DNA from: Octopus vulgaris
Taxonomy: Eukaryota
Length of the DNA: 64,000 bases
Assembly (NCBI GenBank): GCA_951406725.2
Contig: OX597815.1
Span: forward strand, 132,060,001 to 132,124,000
Reading direction: 5' to 3'
Shown piece after piece: positions 54,299-64,000 of this stretch. Both the position numbers and the translations under genes were made by a program. Position 1 is the first letter of the stretch. Every line of letters begins with the position of its first letter. The notes under the pieces were generated by a model, which worked only from the letters and a program-made list of their open reading frames with translations, did no database searches and was not told the origin of the DNA.

Positions 54299-54418
<120 letters not shown>

Positions 54419-54435
54419 TGTGTATATATATATAT

Positions 54436-54830
54436 GCGTGGTAAGAAGTTTGCTTTCCAGGCACCTGGCTCTGAGTTCAGTCCCACTGCGTGGCACCTTA
54501 GGCAAAAGTCTTCTACTATAGCCTCGAGTCGACCAAATCCATGCTTAATGGATTTGGCAGGTAGAAACTTAAAGGGACCCAGTCGTATATGTCAAAGTGT
54601 GTGAGTGTGTGTATACGTGTGTTTCTTAAGCACCATCACAGCTTCACGACCGATATTGGTGTATTAACATCGCCGTAACGTATCAGCTTCACAGAAAACA
54701 CCGATAAAATAAGTAGCAGGCTTAAAAAATATAAATATTGGCATAAATTGGTTCGACTAAAATTCTTCGAGTCATTTGGCCCGGCCCGGAAAAACAGCAG
54801 GCTAATGACTGAAACAAATAAGAGGTAAAA
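54436..54830 (+). mobile_element. SINE family C, diverged
   Basis: GTGGTAAGAAGTTTGCTT..GAGTTCAGTCCCACTGCGTGGCACCTTAGGCAA..ATGACTGAAACAAATAAGAG. Confidence 0.8.
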
Positions 54831-54839
54831 AATAACATT

Positions 54840-55508
54840 TATATCGTTTATACATATAAACTCAAACTCAGAGCATCGAATAACGAACAAAAATATATAA
54901 CGATTGATGAAGAAATGCACACCGAACACTCTAAACATGCTGATGAACAACTTTTGGAAGGTGTTATATAACTATGGAAAGACAGTTGTGAGTCGGAGGA
55001 AATAAATTCCTTGCAACGATTGGAAAATAGTGTAAACTCCTTCCTTGGTTACGAAGCCCAGTTTAAAAGAGACTACACTTCAGATAACCCCTTCCTGAAA
55101 AAATCCCGAATAAGTACATCTACAGAAATAAATACACGTCTACCAAATCAAACTATCAATATCCAAAAGAACACAAGCATACAAAACTGACTCCTCATCT
55201 GGAAGTAAACCATTCTCTATCTAGTAACAGGGAAAACTCACTAATAATAAATAGCAGAAGAAACCAATCTAGGGTTAGGAGTAATTTTTTCTCCCCAGCA
55301 ACTATAAACATCCAAGAGACTCCCTTTAACCCTCAACGAAGAAAATCAACCTACAGATTCTCAACCCATTTACCCAGACAGCACAACCAGCTCCCCAGCA
55401 TCCCAAACATAATTAAGCACCCCAACAATTTATTGCAGCAAAGAAACCCGAAACACGTGCTTCGAACTAGTTTAACCAGGCAGCAATACCAATATCCTAG
55501 CAATACCA

Positions 55509-55571
<63 letters not shown>

Positions 55572-58250
55572 TAATAATTTAATTAATAACAATAATAACA
55601 CTAATAACTTCTACCAACCGAATTACAGTAAACATATTTTAGACCGTGTGGAGAGAAACAGGGACACACGGAACAAAACTTACAGGCGAAACCCAAACTA
55701 ATAAATTTATCAAAAAAAAAAAATCAGTATACTAGCAAAAGGATTAAAGTTTACTCCAACCCCACGAAGATCTGATAATAATGAAATTAAAGACAATATT
55801 TCAGAATCCTGCAGAAAACTACGACTGGCAGAAGCACTAACTGATTACAACAACGAAGATGAGTCAAACAGAAGTAATTACCTTCTACATAAAGGTAGGA
55901 ATAAAACACTGGATGACGTCTGCGACCATATCCAAAATTTCCCATATACTTTCCATAAACGAAAAATGGGAAAATCTAATTGAACTACGAAACGACAAAG
56001 ACCTGATAATTAAAGAGGCAGACAAAGGAAGTGCTGTAGTCCTGATGGACACAGAACACTATAAAAACCTAGTATTATCCATACTAGAAAAAGTTATAAA
56101 CTATAAACATCTAAAAACAATGACACATCTTGTATCCCTAATACTTCTACATGGAAACGGCCTGACAGAAAAAGAAACAAACTACATCACGAACTTCAAA
56201 TATAATCCCAGTTTTTGTTACGGCCATCCTAAAATACACAAGAGCAAGATAATCAATGAAGTCTGCAAACAATCACAAGGCAAATACATAAATATTCAAA
56301 CGCCAGAAGACCTAACTTTAAGACCCGTTATGTCGAGCCCAGGCTGTGAAATCCGCCGCCTGAGCAATTTTCTAGACATCCTACTGAAAGCGTTGCTGAA
56401 ATACATCAAATGTTTTATTAGAGACGATTTATACATGTTAGAACACCTACCAAAAACAGTTAATGAAGAGGTGATATTGATTTCCTTCGATGTTATCAAT
56501 CTTTACACCATCATCCCACATGACTATGGATTAGAGGCAATCAAATTCTGGTTGGAAAAGTACACCGAAGTAATCTCGGAACGCATAAATCAGATCTTTG
56601 TAGTTGAGCCTTTAAAATTTATACTTCAGAACAATTGTTTCCTATTTGATTACACATACTAATTTCAGAAGAGCCGAATTGCGATGGGAACAAAAGTAGC
56701 CCCTGTTCTTGGGCTATTTTGAATTCACCTTACATGAAGTATCACTTCAAAACTATGGTTAGCCATTTTACCTTCACATAAGAGAAAAATGGAAAAGATA
56801 CCTAGATGACTGTTTTATCATTTGGAAGAACATCGACAAAGTTTTGGATCTGAAATCAACACTAGCCGATATAAATAGTAACTTTCAATTCACAATGGAA
56901 TATAAGGAATATAACGAAGAACAGCTCCCATTTTTAGACATCATGACAAAAAAAAGTCAACAATAAAATTATAACTGACATCTATCATAAACTAATGAAC
57001 CCGAAACAATATCTCCTCTTTAGCTCATGCCACCCGAAGCACATCAAAATAAATATCCCCTTTAATTTGGCAAAAAGGATTTGCACAATAGTGCCTGATA
57101 GAACTACTCGGGGCCTTCGTCTTCAAGACCTCAAAACAACGCTGACAGAAAGACAATATCCACCCTCACTTATAGACGAGTTAATTAAGCGTGCTAAGAA
57201 ATTAGACATAAAAACACTAAGGACAAGAAAACATAACATCACACCTCACTTCAAAACACTACTGTTTATTTCAACACACAACCTCAGAAACAGTGAGGCA
57301 TACGATACTATTGTGCAAAATCTCCCTTTACTAACGAGAGATCCAAAAATGAACGACATCCTGAAAACGCATAAACTCATCAAATGCAAAAAGCAACACA
57401 AATCGCTAAAGAGACTGCTAACAATTGCGAAGCTTTACAAAACAACCACGAAACCAACGGTTAAAAAAATGTGGACGCACAAACTGTGGAACTTGCCTCA
57501 ACTTACTTGAAGGCTCAGATTTCCTTTACAAACAAGGAGAGAGGTTCATAATTAAAATCAGTTACACTTGTGCCTCTGAGAACCTAATTTATGTAATACC
57601 TTGCTCGGGTTAGGGACAAAACTATATTGGGGCAGAAGAGTATAACTTTGAGACGGAGAACCACTCTACATAAAGAGCGAATCTGGTTCCCGCAATACAG
57701 ACAAATTCTTCTAAGTGAACATATAGAGAAATGTGCAGATAACATCAAATCAAATTACAGTCTTCCCCTTCTACCAGTGCAAACATACAATTTCTCCATA
57801 AGAACACTTAAATAAAGGAAGTTTTTTCATCGAACAATATAGACCGCGTCTTAATACGCACGCATAACCGAATTTTATATCTCTTTACATATTTATATTC
57901 ACGATTACATCCCTGTACATAAATCTCCCCACTAAACTAGATATTCGAATTTTGTGTAGGTATATATATATATATATATATCCCGCCACCTCACTCAAAG
58001 CTGAACAGTTATCTCTCTTGCCCACAACAATAACAGTAATAACGATAACCAATTACCTCCCCTGACTTTCCTACATGTTAAATCATAAACTCGTAAATAT
58101 CACACACAACATGGATAAAAATCTCTTCTTAAGAAAATGCGTACTTAAATAAATCTTAATATCATAAAGAGCAAAAGCGAAACCTGCCACTCGATATATT
58201 AAAGATTATATTAAAACTATGTAAAGTGTGTGCATTTTCCTTCTTTAATT
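54840..58250 (+). mobile_element. Penelope-like retroelement, near full length, decayed
   Basis: IIKEADKGSAVVLMD, YGHPKIHK, LRPVMS, ISFDVINLYT.IPHD, KRYLDDCF, CHPKHIKINIPFNLAKRICTIV, KCGRTNCGTC and ENLIYVIPC..NYIG (GIY-YIG). The tail has a degenerate HHR at 58159-58197. The 5' boundary is uncertain. Confidence 0.92.
55859..56662 (+). pseudogene. Longest remaining ORF (267 aa): N-terminal half of the PLE reverse transcriptase
   Basis: Contains ADKG, PKIHK and FDV.NLY motifs but stops before the GT.MG and YLDD motifs. Confidence 0.85.
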
Positions 58251-58923
58251 TCTTATATATATATGAGCGTGTGTGTGTCTGTGTGTATGAATGAGTGATG
58301 CACGTATAAATATATATATATATAAATGCACAGACACACACGCACAGACACATACACATATATATATGTGTATATATAATATATATATGCATAACGGGAT
58401 TGATGCTTGAGTACACAAAGTTTGACACTTAGCTCACAAAGGAAACCAATGCACCCAAACTTTTCAGCATGAGAACGAACTTTACCGTTAATGAAAGAAA
58501 TTTGAGCGATGATCGATCTCATGGAAGCGCGCAACTCTGGAAAAGGAAGGTAAAATTTGCACAGATAGAAAATTTCTGCAAACATCCACAGCAAATATTC
58601 GTAACAGCGTCTGCTATAGTTTGAGTTGTACAACATTAGACTACATTTTCTATAAGTCCTTTGTTGGGGTGGCAGCTTTGTTTCTTGTATTATTTCACAG
58701 TTAGTGCAGTGTGCGGTAATTTAAGTGTTTCAGTTCCATGAAGACCAAGCTGTGAGTTTTATAATGGAGTCTATTCAGTGAGTTTGTGTTAAGGCTATGT
58801 GTTGTATACCTATTGATTACATTGTTTGTCGCCGTATATTTTGCGAGTGTGATACGCTTGTGCTTTCGTATTTTGGTTGGTTTCGTTGTGGCTTTGATAT
58901 TAACTGCAATAATAAAAAAAGAA

Positions 58924-59330
58924 AGCAGTGAACTGGCAGAACCGTTAGCAAGCCTGAAAAAGTGCTTAGTGGCATGTTGTCGGTCTTTATCTCCTGAGTT
59001 CAAATTCCACCGAGGTCGACGGAAAATAAGTGACAGTTAAGCACTAGGATGGTCGATATAATCACCTAGTCCTCTTCCCATGATCTCAGGCTTTGTGCAT
59101 ATAGTAGAAATTATTCTGGGCAGTGACAGGCGGTAGACCGGCAGAATCATTACCGTACCGACAAAAATACAAAGCAGCATTTCTTCCGACTCCACACATT
59201 CTGAGTTCAAATACTGCTGAGGTGGACTGTCAAGGTCGATAAATCAAATATCAGTTGAAATACAGGGATTGATGCGAATCGAGTTTCCCTACCCCTACAA
59301 ATGGCTGTCCTTCTTCCAAAATTAGAAATC
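58924..59330 (+). mobile_element. Two tandem diverged SINE family B copies
   Basis: CTGGCAGAACCGTTAGC..GAGTTCAAATTCCACCGAGGTCGAC, with a second copy from ~59128. Confidence 0.75.
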
Positions 59331-59867
59331 ATATTATCCCTAGAAAGGTTATTGTTGAAGTTGAATAACTAAATAAAAGGTTAATTACAGAAATTCTAGC
59401 TTTTTTTACATGTTACATATTTATTTAGAATATATTCCGGTGAGTATTTGCTGGGTATTTTTTTTTTTCTTTTTTTCTTTCAGAGAGTAGGTTTTCGACA
59501 TCACTGACTTTGTTGTGCGAAGAATGTGTTGAGATATATAAAAGTGAGGGAAAAAAATTATTTGAAAAGTTATTCATTCCTGCAACAACTGATTCTGTGG
59601 TGATGTTATCGGTAGAGTTGTTGCGGTGCATGTCATGTTCGTTGTTGTCATTTTAGCTCTTGTTCAACTTAATCTAACCGTTCAACATGATAAAAAGAAT
59701 TTTTTGAATACGAAGTGGTGATATGAGAAGTATTGCATATTTATTTAATTATTTATTTTTTTACCTACTTATTTTTTCAAGTAACAGAAGAGAATCAGTG
59801 GTGTAGAAGAACTCGCATCTCTGCGTATGAGTGTGTGTATGTTTGTGTGCGTGTGTGTGTGTGTCTA

Positions 59868-59914
59868 AAGTAGTATCTCGGGTTTCAAACAACTCTGATC
59901 GTGAATAAATCGTG

Positions 59915-59984
<70 letters not shown>

Positions 59985-60410
59985 TACGGAGATGTACTTG
60001 CATAGTAAGTGACCTGATGTGAGATCGTGTACTGAAACAAAAACAATTGCAGCGATGAAGGTGTTTAAAGGACATTTAAAAACACACAAAAACCGTTAGA
60101 TTCATTTCAACATTTAAATGCCTGTTGCTTAGCTGTTTGTTTTTCTCAAGCTTTCCTCAGAATTTTGGTAGTCTCATTCAAGCTTTCGCATTTATGGAGA
60201 TGTACCTGCATAGCAAATGACCTGATCTGAGATCGTGTGCTGAAACAAACACAATAGATAGATATAGATATGTATGAAGCACGATTTATTCATGATCAGA
60301 GGTGTTCGAACACCGAGGTACTTACTGTATTAAATGAATATGAGAAAGACAAGAGATAAAGTACGAATTTATTCGTGATCAGAGTTGTTCGAAAACCGAG
60401 GTTCTACAGT
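59868..60410. repeat. Mosaic of short direct and inverted repeats around (TA)n
   Basis: 59870-59918 is inverted relative to 60275-60325 and 60358-60407; 59987-60047 is directly repeated at 60196-60255. Confidence 0.8.
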
Positions 60411-60427
60411 AAATGGGGATTATGTGT

Positions 60428-60658
60428 CAGCGGCGAGCTGACAGAAACGTTAGCACGCCGGGCGAAATGCTTAGCAGTATTTCGTCTGCCGCTACGTTCA
60501 GAGTTCAAATTCCGCCGAGGTCGACTTTGCCTTTCATCCTTTCGGGGTCGATAAATAAAGTACCAGTTTCGCACTGAGGTCGATGTAATCGACTTAATCC
60601 TTTTGTCTGTCCTTGTTTGTCCCCTCTATGTTTAGCCCCTTGTGGGCAGTAAAGAAAT
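60428..60658 (+). mobile_element. SINE family B, well preserved
   Basis: GCGGCGAGCTGACAGAAACGTTAGCACGCCGGGCG..GAGTTCAAATTCCGCCGAGGTCGACTTTGCC. Confidence 0.9.
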
Positions 60659-60794
60659 ATATATGGGTATTATGTGTGTGTATCTATGTATTTATATACG
60701 ATTGGATGCATGCATTCATGCACGTACAGATGTCTGAATCAATGATTTGCACATGTGATATATGGGGAGGTAAGAGAGAGAGAGGGAGAGAGAA

Positions 60795-61100
60795 GCTTTG
60801 TAGTTATGGTATTCGGCTCATGATCGTAAGGTCGGCCGTTCGATTTCAGGTGGCGCGTTGTATCCTTCAGCAACTAACTTTAATTCACGTTGCTCAAGGA
60901 CAATCAGCTGGCAAAAATTAGTAGTACCTTTAATTCAAAAGGGCCGGCCTTGTCACATTGTTTGTCAAGCAGAATCTCCCTGAGAACTACGTTAAAGGTA
61001 CGCGTCTGTGGAGTGCTCAGCCACTAGGACGCGAATTTCACGAGCAGGCTGTTCTATTGATCGGGTCATCTGGAACCTCCGTTGTCGGAGTCCTTTTTAG
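60795..61100 (+). mobile_element. SINE family D, diverged
   Basis: GTTCGATTTC box B; GTCTGTGGAGTGCTCAGCCACT..TTTCACGAGCAGGCTGTTC..GATCGG is the reverse complement of the tail at ~8500. Confidence 0.8.
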
Positions 61101-61846
61101 TTATATGTGTGTGCGCGTGCACGTGTGTGTGTATGTGTCAACAATTCATGAGATAAAATAATGGCGCGATTTTACTTCATGTCTGAAAGGTTTCAGCCTC
61201 TTACATTGTTTTAATATTAGTGAAAAGAACCAAAGCTGACTTCATTTTATTCCATACGCTCTAAGATTCAAAATGCATTTCTTGTTCACTAATATACAAA
61301 AAAGAAAGGAGTAATAAAAAAAACGACTACCATTTAAAACATATAAAATAAGATCTAATTCTATCAATAATTACTTTTGAGTTTTAAGACATTTTATGGT
61401 TTGGTTATCATAGAAGCTGGTTTTGAATCATGGTGAAAACCAATTCGATATACATGTAGATGTTGTTTAACACATAAAACACCAGTTTTACAACATTATA
61501 CGTTTTGCACGGGAAATGTAATAATTGGATAATTGAAGAAGGAAGACATTTCCCCTGGCGTTAAGGAATTCAGTGATTCCCCCGCGGTCTCGTTCAAACA
61601 CCAATTTCAAAAAGTGTGGTCAATCATATCGAACACGCTATTTAAGTATTCGATTTCTAATTGCTGAATCGTTAAGTTATGGGTCATAAAGTGACGTGAC
61701 ATAACAAGTAACAGCGATTTTTTACATAGCTGTAAACGAACACGCATAAATGAACACATATATGCATGTGGATATATATATATATATATTTAAGTACACA
61801 TACACACATGCATATATGTGTGTGTGTGTATGTATGTATGTATATA

Positions 61847-61897
<51 letters not shown>

Positions 61898-62174
61898 TGA
61901 GAAAGTGGACGCCAGAATTTTTTTAAAAAAAATTATTTATTCATTATTATTATTAGCGCATTTGTTCGTATCTCGAACATGTGAGATAGAATTTTGTGAA
62001 TGTACAAACATCTTGTTTAATTATATAAAACAGATGTTTTTGGTGGGGTTTGTTTAGAAGAGAAGAACATTGTTGTTTTTTTTATTTTGGTGGGGTGTGA
62101 GATTCCATCACAATGGAGATAGATAGATACAAAGATAGATACGAAGATAGGTTGATATATATATATATATATCA

Positions 62175-62370
62175 AAATGTAACAACATGTGGATCGTCGG
62201 CGATTTTCTTCCTCCGTCTTCCCTTCTATTGGACTTTCTTCTGTTTCCGAAGAAGAGCGTCCGCTCGAAATGTTAAACCATCTTTCTTTTCTTCCCTGGG
62301 CATCTGTTAATAATTTACATGTACCACGTCCTCGCGTTCATTTTTGTGTTTACTCTTTTTTGTGGGGATT
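62175..62370 (+). mobile_element. Short PLE-type terminus with a degenerate HHR (62243-62278) between (TA)n tracts
   Basis: GTTT-CCGAAGA-A-GAGCG-TC-CGCTC-GAAA-TG-TT-AAAC. Confidence 0.6.
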
Positions 62371-62418
62371 TACTATATATATATATCATATATATATATA
62401 TATATACATACACAACAA

Positions 62419-62504
<86 letters not shown>

Positions 62505-62506
<2 letters not shown>

Positions 62507-63223
62507 TGGGGCACTCATATAAACACCAAAGTTGACATGACCCGCAGAATGTGTTCCTGGATTCTCAGAACTTTCCAGTCGAGAGATATCCACACCATTA
62601 TCCTTCGCTTCTCCACTTTTGCCCGACCCCACCTTGAATACTGTTGTCCACTGTGGTCTCCCCACACAAAACAAAGTATCATAAAAGTTGAAGCACCTCA
62701 AAGGGCAATCACAAAAAAGATAGATGGCATGACAGGCCTCGACTATTGGGGTCGACTAGAAAGGCTAAAACTTTATTCTCTCCAACGTCGCCGTGAGCGC
62801 TACGTCATCTGCATGATGTGGAAAATATTCCATCAGCATTGCCCAAATGATGTTGGCATCACCTTTGAGGTACATCCAAGGCTTGGGCCCGTGCCATCCG
62901 CCCAAAACAAAAATCGCACTCTCATCTCATAACAACAATACGGCACAATTATTTCACCTCAATTGGCCCCGCTCTCTTTAACATTACACCAAAACACATT
63001 AAAACACAAAGAGACCCTATTGGGTTCAAGAAGTCTTTGGACAGATTCCTTCAAGAAATCCCGGATAAACGCCCTATACCCAGATATGTCTCTGTAAACA
63101 ATAACTCTCTACTTGAGTGGGCCATAGTGCCCAAATTCTGACTTGAAAGACTTCACCAGGTGGTGCTATTAAGTTAGACATGACCTAGGCCAATAATGGC
63201 CGAAACATATCAAAGTATCAAAG

Positions 63224-63225
<2 letters not shown>
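62505..63225 (+). mobile_element. 5'-truncated CR1-group LINE 3' end in (TA)n
   Basis: WILRTFQSRD..FARPHLEYCCPLWSPH..EAPQRAITKKI..LDYWGRLERLKLYSLQRRRERY; 3' hairpin GGCCA..TGGCC and a (TATCAAAG)2 tail. Confidence 0.9.
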
Positions 63226-63288
<63 letters not shown>

Positions 63289-63289
63289 T

Positions 63290-63372
<83 letters not shown>

Positions 63373-63444
63373 TATATATGTAGGTCCCGGGTTGATTCGG
63401 GGTTAACCACAGTAAGTAAGGTACTCAATACATAGCAGAGTAAA

Positions 63445-63583
63445 ATTAATTTATTATATAGAAGGAGTTCTACAGGACTAGTACTGTTTCATTCAAGAGA
63501 AATCTTCAGGAAGCTTCCTGAAGATTTCTCTTGAATGAAACAGTACTAGTCCTGTAGAAGCTCCTTCTATATAATAAATTAAT
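63445..63583. repeat. 139-bp spacerless palindrome whose arms carry HHR-like motifs
   Basis: Centre AAG|CTT at 63513/63514 with one 1-nt indel. The arm reads CTGAAGA-TTTC-TCTT-GAAT-GAAAC-AGTACTA-GTC. Confidence 0.92.
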
Positions 63584-63584
63584 A

Positions 63585-63945
<361 letters not shown>

Positions 63946-64000
63946 TGGGCCACTGATGTTCATAGTGGCCCTTTCAGACATGCCTTCAGTTGCTACGATG

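Noticed and set aside
62189-62932. 247-aa ORF as a host gene
   Set aside because: It is a chance read-through of a PLE tail and microsatellite into a CR1-group LINE fragment.

Overview
AT-rich eukaryotic DNA made almost entirely of transposon relics and microsatellites; I cannot support any host protein-coding exon. The SINE repertoire and microsatellite density suggest a cephalopod (Octopus-like) genome, which is an inference. The window holds three decayed Penelope-like retroelements (PLEs; RT, with GIY-YIG visible in two), a co-oriented nest of at least six R4/Dong-like RLE LINE pieces (five at (TAA)n tracts), and a 5'-truncated Tx1-type LINE inside (GATA)n. It also holds RTE and CR1-group LINE relics, a deleted mariner, a very old Gypsy relic, a 2.5 kb element with long TIRs, and about 25 tRNA-derived SINE copies. 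The most notable signal is a set of about 8 short non-coding PLE-type termini carrying minimal type I hammerhead ribozyme (HHR) motifs. One is an apparently intact U3-A8 compensatory core variant and one has a canonical CUGAUGA/GAAA/GUC core. These termini repeatedly occur as fold-back or palindromic structures at (TA)n tracts. Coordinates were read by eye and boundaries are approximate.
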